The notes under the pieces were generated by a model. The model was not told where the DNA came from, did no database searches, and saw only the letters and a list, made by a program, of their open reading frames with translations. The translations under genes and the position numbers were made by a program. From Candidatus Latescibacterota bacterium (GTDB lineage: Bacteria; Latescibacterota; UBA2968): 64,000 nucleotides of DNA. Shown here piece after piece: positions 18,827 through 30,315 of this stretch; the first letter of the stretch is position 1; the number at the start of each line of letters is the position of its first letter. The DNA lies in assembly GCA_965198115.1 (NCBI GenBank), contig OZ240241.1, positions 6,080,001 through 6,144,000 of the forward strand, read 5' to 3'.

Positions 18827-20943
18827 GCATCTTTGTCCTCATCCTACTCCTTCTGGGCTCAGCCGAAGCGACCTCGTTCACGCTGAATGTGGAAACCCTC
18901 GAAGCCGGTACGCCCGGTGATCCCATTGGCGTGTTCTGGCTGGATGGGGATTGGCTCTTCCGGACGGGAGACGATCTGTCCTGGGCGTCACCCGGCTGGG
19001 ATGACTCCGATTGGACCAGACGCGAGACAATCGCGTTCGGACGTGACGAAATCGGATGGTTCAGAACTCGCCTATCGGTAGCCGAGCGTCTGGACGGAGC
19101 ACCTCTCAATCTGGTACTCATCAGACCGGGGCGTCCGAAATCTACATCGACGGCGTTCGGGTCGGGGGCGCCGGAATCGTTTCGCCATCCACCCAGACCG
19201 AAGCACGAGAGGTGCACTGGAATCGTGGTTATAAAATTAGCCTTTCTCTTCGACAGGGAGAGCATTCACTCGCCGTTCGCTGCTCGGACCACACCCTCGC
19301 TGTCTATCCTTGGGTCAAGTGGTGGGAAGTCCCGGCGGGCGTACGTATCGGTTTCACGAGCCTCGACCACGCACTGGAAATCGGCACGGGGATCAATCGC
19401 ACCATCACCGGCATCCAGATGCTCTGGGGCGTGCCCTTCGCCCTGGCCATCCTCCATTACTTGATCTATCTGTTCAATCGCGAAGAACGCACCCACCTCG
19501 ACTACGGCCTGTTTGCCGAGGCGACGGCGGGCATGCTCTTCTTCCCGTTCCACGTCGGCTATCAGTCCTGGCCACCCTGGATCATCCTGTGCACGGCGCT
19601 TTTTAGAGTCTCTCTGATCTGCAGTGCCTACTTCGGCCTCCGGTTCGTCTACAGAACGTTCGACCACAGCCTCCCTTCTTTCTTCAGGCGTCTCGGGAGA
19701 ATGACCCTTGTCCTCTGTCTCCTCTCGTGGGCTATACCGACCTTCGTTTACTATTTCGTCGTACTCGCCGGATTCTTTTGGATGCTCTCAGTCGTCTACC
19801 GCGCACTGCGTCGCGGGCAGGAAGGTGCTCGCATGATCGGTGTCGGATGTGCAATGCTCACTCTCTTCTCGACCATCCAGGTCTTCATCGACGTGGTGCT
19901 CCAATCACTTTCTTTCCCTTACGTTTATGGCGTGCTTGCGCTCATCCTCTCCATGTCGATTCACCTCGCCCGCTCGTTCGCCTCGACGCACCGAAACCTG
20001 CAGTATAGACTCGACGAAATCGAAACCCTGACGCGACTCACCGTCGAGCAGGAGCGGGAAAACCGGGAACGGGAAGCCGTTGTTCAGGAGCGGGAGGTGG
20101 AGCGGCAGCTCCTGGAGGCTGAGAATGCCACCCGATCCTCCGAGCTCGATGAGGCGCGAAGACGTCAACAGGCCCTCGAAGAGCTCGAGGCGTCGAACCA
20201 CGCGCTCCGTGACGCGCAGTCTCGTCTGGTCCAGACCGAACGGATGGCCGCCATCGGCAACCTGGTCGCCGGCATCGCCCACGAAATCAACACGCCGGTC
20301 GGTGCCATTCACAGCAGCCACGACACGTTCGTCAGAGGTGTAAACCGGCTGACGGATCGACTGACATCGCACCATCCCGATGCCTCCGAGCGGAGCGCGC
20401 CTACGCTGCGTGTCGTCTCCGACGCCAATCGCATCATCACGACGGGAACGCAACGCGTGACCGAAATCGTACGCAGCCTCCGGAACTTCGCCCGTCTCGA
20501 CGAAGCCGAAATGAAGGAAGCCGATCTGCACGACGGTCTGGACAGCACGCTCCCCCTCGTGCATCATGAATTGAAGGGCTGGATCGAAGTCGAGCGCGAT
20601 TACGGCGGTCGTTTGTTACCCCAGCCGTCTCAACCAAGTATTTCTCAACCTCCTCGTGAACGCTTCACAAGCCATCGAGGGGGAAGGCCGAATCACGATT
20701 CGCACGCGGCACACGAATGACACGGTCGTTGTCGAGATTCAGGACACGGGCAGGGGTGTGCCCGAGGACATTCTACCCCACATCTTCGAATCGGGGTTCA
20801 CGACAAAGGCCGAGGGGAAGGGGACAGGCCTGGGCCTGGCCATTTCGCGACAAATCGTCGACGATCATCGAGGCCACATCGACGTGGAAAGCCGACCTGG
20901 CGACGGCACCACGTTTCGAGTCAATCTGCCGGTCGGTGGATAG
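18823..20943 (+). CDS. Paralogous 7TM sensor histidine kinase (frameshifts near 19125 and 20608)
   Basis: GTGA overlap; WDDSDW/GWFRT, AHEINTP, GTGLGL. The second shift appears to lack about 11 nt relative to the paralog. Confidence 0.8.
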
Positions 20944-20961
20944 CCCCTACACAGGACGCTC

Positions 20962-23429
20962 TTGAGCAGAACGAATTCGAGATTCTGGTTGTCACTGGCG
21001 CTCATCACGACGTTCGTGGGCGTGGGCCGCGCGCAATCCCCCGTCCGAGTGGGCGTCGTCATCGATGGTCCGTGGGAACGAAACGCGGAGATCAACGGGG
21101 CGTTCGAACAGGAGATCCGTGATCTTGTCGGACGCGAGTTCGACGTGCGATTCCCGGCGGAAAAACGACTCGTCGGCGACTGGAGTGTCACCACGGTCAC
21201 AGCCAACCTCGATCGACTGCTCTCCGACGCCTCTGTCGATATCATCATTGCCTCGGGGCCGCTCGTCTCCCACGAAGCCGGACACCGCAGTAACCTTCCC
21301 AAGCCCGTGATCGCCCCTTTCATCATTAATCAGGCGATCCAGGAGATCCCGATCGATGCGGGTGCCAGTGGTGTGCGCAACCTCGTCTACGTCTCCTGGC
21401 CGAACGATCTCCAGCGCACGCTCGAAGTTTTCCAGAGCGTGGTCCCGTTCAAGCGGATGGCGTATATCTATCCCCCCATGATTCTGAACGGAATCCCGAA
21501 CCTGGTGCGTAATCTGGCCACGGCCACCGAGGCACTCGGCATTCAAACCGACTATGTCGCTATTCAGAGCGACGTGCGAGCAACCGTTCGATCCATCCCC
21601 GACCACGTCGAAGCGGTTTACGTACTGCCCTTGTTACCCACCACGGCTTGACCCATCGAGCCGGGTGATAGGTGCCTGTGCAGCCAATCACGAGCATCCC
21701 ACAGAATGCGAGGGCGGTGAAGCGCGTTAACAGAGTTCGATCTGGATCGGGCGACGACCGACCAATTCATCGAAGCCTTGAACGAACGCAAGCTCCCGAG
21801 CTTCTCGGTCGTCGGGACGAGCGATGTCGAGCGCGGCATGCTTGTCGGCACTGCGGCAGACTTCAGCATTCCCAAACTCGCCCGACGTGTCGCTATCAAC
21901 GTACAGCGCATCCTCCTTGGCGAGGACCCCTCGACATTCCAGGTCGTCTTCACGCGAGACGAACGCTTGACGATCAACATGGCCACGGCGCGCAAGATCG
22001 GCGTCTACCCAAGTTGGGCGGCCCTGACGGAGGCCACGCTGATCGACCCCACACGGACACAGGAAGCGCGTTTCCTCGATCTGGGGAAGGTGGTCCGTGA
22101 AGCCGTCGAAGCGAACCTCAACGTGCGAGCGAGCAAACAGGCCGTGGCCACCGGCCGTCAGGAGGTCGCCGTGGCGCGGTCTCTGCTCCTGCCTCAGTTC
22201 GAAGCCGGTTTCGCAGCAGCCGTCATCGACGAGGATCTGGGATCCCCGATTCAGGCGGAAAAACAGCTGACCGGCTCCCTCATTGCGACCCAGCTGATCT
22301 TCTCGGAAAAGGCGTGGGCGAATCTGGCCGTTCAGAAAAGGCTACTGGCGGGCAGGGAAGCCGGGCATCGTCGCGTTTATCTCGATGTCGTGCGCGAGGC
22401 CACGGTCTCCTATCTGAACGTACTGCGGGCGCTCACGTTCGAGCGCATACAGCGAAACAATCTCAAGGTCTCGCGTCACAACCTCGACCTGGCTCAGGTC
22501 CGCCGGGAAGTCGGCACGTCCAACCGCAGCGAGGTCTTCCGTTGGCAGAGCCAGATCGCCAACGACCAACAGGCCGTCATCGACGCGAACGTCAAACGCA
22601 ACCTGGCCGAAATCGATCTGAACCGTGTCCTCCATCGTCCTCTCGAAGAACCGTTTCAACCGGAAGAAATCGGGCTCGACGACCCTCGTCTCCTCATTGC
22701 GCACACGCGTCTCAAGCGCTACATGGAAAACCCGGGGCGTTTTCGAGTGTTTCGGTCGTTTCTGGTCGAGGAGGGATTGTCGAATGCGCCCGAGCTCCGT
22801 CAGCTGATGAAGCAATCGGCGCCCAGGAACGCGCCCTCTCATCCTCCAAACGTAGCTTCATCAGCCCGACCGTCGGTCTGCGTGTCGAAGCAACAGGCAT
22901 CCTCGATCGCAGCGGGGCGGGTGCCCAACTTCCCGCCCAGGGCGGTGACCGTTCGTGGACGGCGGGGGTCAGTGCCTCCCTCCCCCTCTTCGAAGGCGGG
23001 GGACGATTTGCGGACGTCGCCCGAAACAGCAGCGAGCGAGCCCGACTCGTCCTGGAACGCGATGCCACGCGAGATCTGATCGAACAGCGTACCCGATCGT
23101 CTCTCCATCTGATGGGCGGATCTTTCGCGTCGATTCGCCTATCCCGTGAGGCGGCCGAAGCGGCTGCCAACAACCTCGAGCTCACGATCGACGGATACTC
23201 TCGTGGTGTCGTGTCCATTCTTGACCTGATCGACGCCCAGAACGCAGCCCTCGCCTCCGACCTCGGTGCCGCGAACGCCGTCTACGAGTTCCTGATCGAC
23301 CTGATGGATGTCGAGCGGGCCGTGGGCCGATATTCGTTCTTCATGGACGACGCGGAAATCGACGACCTCCTGAATCGACTCGACGCCTATTTCGTACGAA
23401 CCGCACAGAGCAGGGGGAACACGCAATGA
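20962..23429 (+). pseudogene. TolC-family outer-membrane protein with N-terminal substrate-binding-like domain, interrupted by a 102-bp insert
   Basis: LTINMATARKIG (ABC_sub_bind-like) and TolC helical repeats (SILDLIDAQ). In-frame insert with stops at about 21636-21737; frameshift near 22807. Confidence 0.8.
21633..21737. other. Small structured insertion (MITE/PATE-like?) bounded by GTT
   Basis: Removing 102 bp restores YVLPLFDLDRATTDQF in frame. The insert holds two TGA stops and a stem-loop. Confidence 0.55.
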
Positions 23430-24512
23430 GAAAAACGCCCACGATGATCTTCGCGCTGGCCATCGGATTCGTCGCCTGTGGACAGGATGAACCGTCCCCC
23501 GAGTCGGTGATCCGTCCTGTCCGCTACGAGCAAATCTTCGAATCCGGCAGCGCGCGTGAAAGATCCTTCTCTGGCACGTCTCAGGCTGCCCTCGAGTCGA
23601 AGTTCAGCTTCAAGGTGGCCGGCACCGTCAACACCGTGTCCGTCAAAGTCGGGGGACAACGTCAAGGCCGGCGCGCTCATCGCACGTCTCGACGACATTG
23701 ACTACCGTCTCCAAGTTCAGGAAGCCGAAGCTACGCTTGCCAGTCTCAAGGCTCAGGCCAGAAGCTCGGATGCCAACTACGGCCGGGTTCGGGCGCTCTA
23801 CGAGAATCGAAACGCGTCTGCCAACGACCTCGACGCCGCCCGAGCCGCGTCTGAATCCGCTACGGCGCAGGTCAACCGAGCCGAAAAGGCGGTCGAGCTC
23901 GCCAAGTCTCAGCTGAGTTACGCCACGCTGCGTTCTCCGGTCAGCGGGTCCATCGCGGCAGTACCGATCGAGGAGAACGAGAACGTCTCCCCAGGGCAAA
24001 CGGTGGCCTTGCTCACGTCCGGATCACAGCTCGAAGTCGAAGTGACCATTCCCGAAATCCTCATTTCACAGATCCGCGAAGGTGACAAAACAACCGTCTC
24101 TTTCGATGCGATTCAGAGTAAGGTCTTCCCCGCAACCGTCACCGAGGTCGCCGTCGCCGCGACCGGCATGGCGACGACATTCCCCGTCACCGTGCGACTC
24201 GCCGAAGCGGACGAATCCTGTCGACCCGGGATGGCGGCCGAAGTCCATTTCACGTTTGGATCACGGGACGGCCAGAAACGAATCATCGTGCCAACGGTCT
24301 CCGTGGGCGAAGACCGCCAGGGTCGTTACGTTTTCGTTCTGGAGAAACTTGAAAACGGGTTCGCCAACGTGGGTCGCCGCGAAGTGTCGATTGGCGAGCT
24401 GACGCAGGAGGGTATCGAGATTCTCGAAGGACTACAGGATGGGGAGCTCGTCGTCACGGCGGGCGTCACACGGATCGCAGACGGACAACGCGTTCGGGTG
24501 CCCTCGCGATGA
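23426..24512 (+). CDS. RND efflux membrane-fusion (adaptor) lipoprotein (frameshift in G-run near 23651)
   Basis: FVA-C lipobox, SFKVAGTV, LRSPVSGSI, RPGM, GLQDGELVVTAG. Confidence 0.88.
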
Positions 24513-24546
24513 GCGGTCTACGCTCTCATCTTCTGGTGACCACAAC

Positions 24547-27500
24547 ATGTCGCTGACACAAACCGCCATCGAGAGGAATCGGGTCACGGTCGTGGCTCTC
24601 CTCGTCATCGTTTTCGCCGGCTTCAGCGCCTACCAGACCATGCCACAGAATGAAGATCCTGGCTTTATCATCCGAGCTGCCCAGGTCCTGACCTTCTTCC
24701 CCGGTGCGAGTCCCGAGCGAGTCGAGTTGCTCGTTTCGGACAAGCTGGAAAAGGTCATCCAGGAAATCCCCGAGCTCGACTTCGTGACCAGCACTTCCCG
24801 CGACGGCGTTTCGATTATCATCATGAACATCCTCGAGAGTGAACGTGACATGCGTCCGATCTGGGATGACCTGCGCCGCAAGATCGAGCGTGGAAGCCGC
24901 GATCTACCGGATGGGGTGATCGGCCCGTTCGTGAACGACGAGTTCGGTGACGTCTTCGGAACGGTTATCGCGTTAACGGGTGAGGGTTACAGCTACGCCG
25001 AACTGAAAGAGGTCGCCGATCAGGTCAGGAACGTGCTCCTCGACATCCAAGGACGCCGCCAAAGTCGAGATCAAAGGTGCCCAGGAAGAGCACGTGTTCG
25101 TCCAGTACAACAACGCACGCCTGGCCGACCTTGGGCTGTCTGCCTTCCAACTCAAAAACATCCTCTCGTCACAGAACATCCTCCTTCCCGGCGGGGACAT
25201 CAACACGGGAGACGAACGAATCATCCTCGAACCGTCTGGCAACTTCGAATCGGTCGGGCAGCTTCGCCGAACCGTCATCAACCTGCCGGTAGAAACGAGC
25301 TCGTTTACCTCGAGGATATTGCCGAAGTCTACCGCGGATACGTGGACCCACCGACCGAGATCGTCCGATCCTCGAACCAACCCGCGCTGGTCCTGGGTGT
25401 TTCGCTGCGGGAGGGCGGGAACCTGATCAGGCTGGGCAACGATGTTAGGGTAAGCATTGCCCGCCTCCAGGAGCGATATCCGATTGGACTCGAATTCGAC
25501 GTCATCTACTTCCAGCCCCAGATCGTCGAGAAGAAGGTCGACGAATTCGTTTCCAATCTCGTGCAGGCTATCATCATCGTCGTCGTCGTCATGTTGCTCA
25601 GCCTGGGCGTGCGCACGGGTCTTATCGTCTCATCGCTTATTCCCATGACGATGATCATGAGCATCTGGGTCATGACCATGTTCGACATCGGCCTCGACCA
25701 GATGTCGCTCTCCGCCCTCATCATCGCCCTGGGGCTTCTTGTCGACAATGCAATCGTCATGTCCGAGTCTATCCAGGTCCGAATGTCCGAAGGCGATGGT
25801 GCGAAAGATGCGGCGGTGAAGTCAGCCGAGGAGCTACGCATCCCGCTCCTCACCGCATCACTCACGACAGCGGCTGCCTTCCTGCCAATCTACCTGGCGG
25901 AATCGACCGTCGGGGAATACACAGCGCCCCTCTTCCAGGTCGTCAGCATCGCATTGCTCTGCTCGTGGGTCCTCGCGCTCACGATGATTCCCACCTTGAG
26001 CGTCCAATACATGAAGGTCCAACCCGCTAAAGGTGATGAGACCTTCGGTTCGCGTCCCTACGTTTTTATCGAGGGTTTCTGCAGACGTGTCTTCGGCGGC
26101 CCGTTGTAACGGTGCTGACCACCATCGTCATCTTCTTTGTCGCCATGCAGGGCTTCGCCCTCATCCCCAGCATCTTCTTCCCAGCAAAGGATCAGGCCAC
26201 CTTCACCGCGGAGTTCGAGCTGCCCGTTGGGGCGCCCATCGAGCGGACGGAGGCGCTCGCGAAGGATCTGGATGCATTTATCGAGAACGAGCTCAAAGCG
26301 GGGCCCGGACGACCGGACGGCGTATCGAACTGGGCGACCTTCATCGGACAAGGTCCGCCCAAGTTCGCGCTCCCGTTCAATTCCCGGTCGGCGAATCCCG
26401 AGTATGTCATGATCCTGGCCAACACGACCTCCTATGAGGCCATTTTCGATCAGATGGAGCGCCTCGAAGGCTATGTCGTCGACAACTTCCCCGATGTCGA
26501 CCCCGACATTCGAAGCCTGCTGAATGGACCGCCCGTCGCCGACCCGATCGAGATCAGGATCTCCGGACAGGAAGAAGACCAGGTCTTCGGCCTGGTCGAT
26601 CGCGTGAAAGCAAAGCTCGCCGAGATCCCCGGCACGAAGAACATCTCCGACAACTGGGGATCTCGAACAAAAAAGTTGGCCGTGCGTATCGACCAGCCTC
26701 GAGCCCGTCGCGCCGGCCTCACGAGTCAAGACGTCGCCGTATCTCTGCAAACCGGCCTGAGCGGATTCGAGACAACTCAGTACCGCGAGGACGACGAGAT
26801 CATCCCCGTCACCCTTCGATCCGTCGACGCCGATCGACACGACGCCGGCAAGCTCGAAAGCCTGAACATCTTCTCACAGCTCACCGGCAGTACGGTCCCC
26901 TTAAAGCAGATCGCAGATATCGAAGTCGTGTGGCAACCATCCAAAATCCTGCGCCGCGACCGTCTCAAAACGGTCACCGTCGCGTCGGGTCTCCAGAGCG
27001 GCGTAAACGCCATCGCCGTATTCCAGGCCATCCAACCCTGGCTCGATGCCGAGAGCGCGACCTGGCCCGTCGGCTACAAGTATGAATTCGGCGGCGAGTA
27101 TGAGGCGTCCGTCGAGGAATGAATCGATCGGGGTAAAGGTCCCCGTCGCCGGTCTCATCATCGTCCTCCTTCTCGTGGGACAGTTCAACTCGCTCCGGAG
27201 ACCCCTCATCATCCTCCTGACGATTCCCCTGGGCTTGATCGGTGTCGTAATCGGTCTCATCGTCGCACGATCCTACATGGGATTCGTCACTTTCCTGGGT
27301 GTCATCGCCCTCGCCGGTATCGTCATCAACAACGCCATTGTCTTGCTCGACCGCATCAAAATCGAAATTGAAGAACACGGTCTCGATCCGCACAAGGCGG
27401 TCATCGAAGCAGCACAGCGGCGTCTCCGACCCATCATCCTCACAACGTGCACTACCATCGGTGGCATGCTCCCGCTCTGGTACGGGGGTGGCCCTATGTT

Positions 27501-27618
27501 TGAGCCCATGGCCATCGCAATCATCTTCGGCCTTTTCTTCGCCACCGGACTCACCCTCGTCTTCGTCCCCGTCCTCTACGCCATCTTCTTCCGGCTGAAC
27601 TTCAGGGATTACGCGTAG
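24547..27618 (+). CDS. RND efflux permease, AcrB/CzcA family (several apparent frameshifts)
   Basis: EDPGFIIR, GLLVDNAIV, GIVINNAIVL, RLRPIILT. Pieces lie in different frames. Confidence 0.88.
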
Positions 27619-27665
27619 CCCATCGTGATGTGTATACTATCGTCTGTTATGCATAAGGAGTCACG

Positions 27666-27905
27666 ATGAAGACCAACCTGACCGTAACGATCAATCGGGA
27701 CCTTGTAACTGCAGCAGAGCGCTATGCCAAGTCCCACAGTACAACATTGTCGCAATTGATCGAGGACAGCCTTCGGGCAGCCATCTCTAAGAGACCATCC
27801 GAGGAAAGCGTGCAATCGCTGGCGGGCCTGCTTCGGGAAGAGGAGAGACGACCCGTGACACTCGATGAAATGGACCGCGTCATTCAGAAAGCACGCTCGA
27901 TGTGA
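27666..27905 (+). CDS. Orphan RHH/DUF6364-like antitoxin
   Basis: MKTNLTVTI...AERYAK...LSQLIE; AAGGAG RBS; N-terminus paralogous to the downstream antitoxin. Confidence 0.65.
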   Translation: MKTNLTVTINRDLVTAAERYAKSHSTTLSQLIEDSLRAAISKRPSEESVQSLAGLLREEERRPVTLDEMDRVIQKARSM

Positions 27906-27984
27906 TCGAACTGAATGCATCCAGCTCACCCGCTCGACAGTCACAAGCTATGGGCGGATAGGGCTCCTGAAGTCCCCATTGGCC

Positions 27985-28034
27985 TTGACGATCGAGATTC
28001 GTATACGTATGTTAAATACACGTATACGTGTATT
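27985..28034 (+). promoter_or_regulatory. Sigma70-like promoter and palindromic operator of the TA operon
   Basis: TTGACG-N17-TATGTT; perfect 20-bp palindrome AATACACGTATACGTGTATT at 28015-28034; second CGTATACG at 28000-28007. Confidence 0.75.
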
Positions 28035-28044
28035 AGGAGAATGG

Positions 28045-28269
28045 ATGAAGGCTAAGCTGACCGTCACGATCGACGAAGAGTTGGTGCCAATCGCCAAGCA
28101 GTATGCGAGAAATCGGGGGCTCTCTCTGTCACAGGTCATCGAGAATAGTCTCAGATTACTGACGAGCGGCGCAACAGAGACATTTTCGGAGCGGTGGAAG
28201 GGTAGGTTTAAGCCGGCAGCGAAGAAGGATGCCCGCTACGAACGTCTTGCCGCAAAGTATCTCAGGTGA
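28045..28269 (+). CDS. DUF6364-like RHH antitoxin
   Basis: MKAKLTVTIDEELV...AKQYARNRGLSLS; AGGAG RBS; GTGA overlap with the PIN gene. Confidence 0.8.
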   Translation: MKAKLTVTIDEELVPIAKQYARNRGLSLSQVIENSLRLLTSGATETFSERWKGRFKPAAKKDARYERLAAKYLR

Positions 28270-28676
28270 AATTACTCGTCGACACGGATGTTCTGATCGA
28301 CGTTGCGTTGGACAGACGACCGCACGCTGAGCACTCCGGCAGGCTTCTGGAGTATCTCGAGCGCAATCCAGGCAGCGGGTGGATTGCCTGGCATTCTGTC
28401 GCGAATTTCTACTATCTGGTCTCTACGCGTCGAAACGAAAAAATGACGCGGGATCTTATCGTGGAACTGACCACCTTCTTAAGTTTTCCATCGACCAACA
28501 CGGAGCACCTTCAATTTGCCCTGAACCTTCAACTCAGGGATCTTGAAGATGCCATGCTGGTCGCCGCCGGCAGTTCAGCAGGAGTCGATATCATCGCAAC
28601 ACGCAACCTCAGAGATTATGTACGATCTCCGATTCCAGCTGACTCACCCAAGTCATTGATGAAAGCGCTCAGGTAG
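28266..28676 (+). CDS. PIN-domain (VapC-like) toxin
   Basis: LVDTDVLID, DLEDA, IATRNLRDY. Confidence 0.88.
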   Translation: MKLLVDTDVLIDVALDRRPHAEHSGRLLEYLERNPGSGWIAWHSVANFYYLVSTRRNEKMTRDLIVELTTFLSFPSTNTEHLQFALNLQLRDLEDAMLVAAGSSAGVDIIATRNLRDYVRSPIPADSPKSLMKALR

Positions 28677-28678
28677 AT

Positions 28679-29164
28679 TCAGGCCTTTCGATTCCGAATA
28701 ACTTTCGCCGGTGTCCCGCCCACTACGGTGAACGGCGGCACATCCTTCGTCACCACCGCCCCGGCTCCCACGATCGATCCCGTTCCCACCGTCACGCCTC
28801 CGATTACCACGGCGTTGGCTCCGATCCACACATCGTCCTCGATCACGATCTCCTTCTTCTGAGCCGATTGTTCCACCATCGGGATATCCACGCGATCATA
28901 CCCGTGGCCGATGCTCGCGAGCGTCACGTGCGCGGCAACCGCCACGTTGTCCCCGATCGTTAGCGGACCGTAGAGCACGCCATAGGGCGCGAAGTGCGTG
29001 TTCGACCCGATCGTGATGTGCGCCCCGCACGGCGATAGATAGACACCATACATGAGCAGCACATCGTCCCCGATCGAGATGCGCTCCGGACTCAGCAATC
29101 GAACGTCATCTTCGAACCGAACATTTGTACCGATCGCATTCAGTTTGGTTTGATCAGGAAGCAA
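28679..29164 (-). CDS. Hexapeptide-repeat acyltransferase
   Basis: IEDDVWIGANAVV, IVGAGAVVTKDVP. Confidence 0.88.
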   Translation of the reverse strand: MLPDQTKLNAIGTNVRFEDDVRLLSPERISIGDDVLLMYGVYLSPCGAHITIGSNTHFAPYGVLYGPLTIGDNVAVAAHVTLASIGHGYDRVDIPMVEQSAQKKEIVIEDDVWIGANAVVIGGVTVGTGSIVGAGAVVTKDVPPFTVVGGTPAKVIRNRKA

Positions 29165-29301
29165 TAGTCGTCCCTATCTCTCGAGCAGGCAACACGGCGA
29201 GCCCACCTTCGCAAGGCTCCGGTGGCAGGCGTGGCAACAGCTACGCGTTCACGTTCAGCATGACAATCGCCACGCCTGCTCGCCCGTTCGCCCGCTCGTC
29301 T

Positions 29302-30228
29302 CTAACTGGCGTACTTCCCCGTAAGCTGCGGCGTCGGCCCCTCCTCCCCAGCCTCGGCTCGTTGACCCCGCGTCTCCCGTCCCCACGTCCGCTTCAGCTC
29401 GTCGCCAACGACGAAGGTCAGCTTACCCAACCCCTCGATCTCCTGTTCGACGACATCCCCGTCCTGCAGCGGATGCAGCTGCTGATGATTCACGCCGAAT
29501 GCGATCAGATCGCCGGCTTCGAGCGTCGTATTACTCGTCACGAATGCAATCGTCTCGGCGATCGTGTAAGCCATGTCATCCGTGTTGTAATCGTGTGCGA
29601 CGTCGCCGTTGTTCCACTGTTGAACGTGCAGGTTGTGCGGGTCGCTGACCTCGTCGGCCGTCGTGATGTAAGGTCCGATCGGTGCGAAGGTATCCTGACA
29701 CTTCATGAAGTAGGGCAGACCCATGCCCGTCAGGAGCCCACGCGCCGATCCATCCACGAAATTCACGTAGCCGAAAACATAGTCCATCGCTTCGTCTACC
29801 TGCACCTTGGACGCACGTTTGGAAACGACCATCGCCAATTCAGCTTCACCTTCGAAAATGGAGGCGGGCACATCCGGAAGCTGCATGATATCACCGTCCC
29901 CGATGACCGTGTGCGAATGCTTGATGAACGCCTGCTGGACCGGCTTCTCCTTCAGCGTGCCGAACTCCATGTAGTTCCCTGCCATGCACACCATCGCCGT
30001 CGGACAGGGCGTCGGCGCACGAAGACGTGCTTGATCGCGAGCGATCGGCTCAGCAGAATCGATAGCCGCTTTGAACTGCCCCTCGTAGTCTGACCACTGC
30101 TCGATCACCGTCTTCATGACCAGCTGCGGCGGAAAACCATCCACGCCCTGCAAAGTCGAATCAAGCGGAACCACCCCATCGTCGGTGACTGCCCCCAGTC
30201 GATAGTCGTCGAAGAATCCCAGCTTCAT
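29302..30228 (-). CDS. Fumarylacetoacetate hydrolase family protein
   Basis: EGEAELA, KCQDTFAPIGPYI, LEAGDLI. Confidence 0.88.
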   Translation of the reverse strand: MKLGFFDDYRLGAVTDDGVVPLDSTLQGVDGFPPQLVMKTVIEQWSDYEGQFKAAIDSAEPIARDQARLRAPTPCPTAMVCMAGNYMEFGTLKEKPVQQAFIKHSHTVIGDGDIMQLPDVPASIFEGEAELAMVVSKRASKVQVDEAMDYVFGYVNFVDGSARGLLTGMGLPYFMKCQDTFAPIGPYITTADEVSDPHNLHVQQWNNGDVAHDYNTDDMAYTIAETIAFVTSNTTLEAGDLIAFGVNHQQLHPLQDGDVVEQEIEGLGKLTFVVGDELKRTWGRETRGQRAEAGEEGPTPQLTGKYAS

Positions 30229-30315
30229 GAGTCTCTCCCGTTGAAATGTGGTACTGCCACGCCCGCTCTCTTCACGCCTGCCCGAGAATGCGGCCCTTCG
30301 TTCTTACGTCATCTA

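Noticed and set aside
21649-21720. Selenocysteine or TGA read-through in tolC
   Set aside because: Two TGA codons lie in a segment with no coding resemblance, and a clean 102-bp removal explains the protein better.
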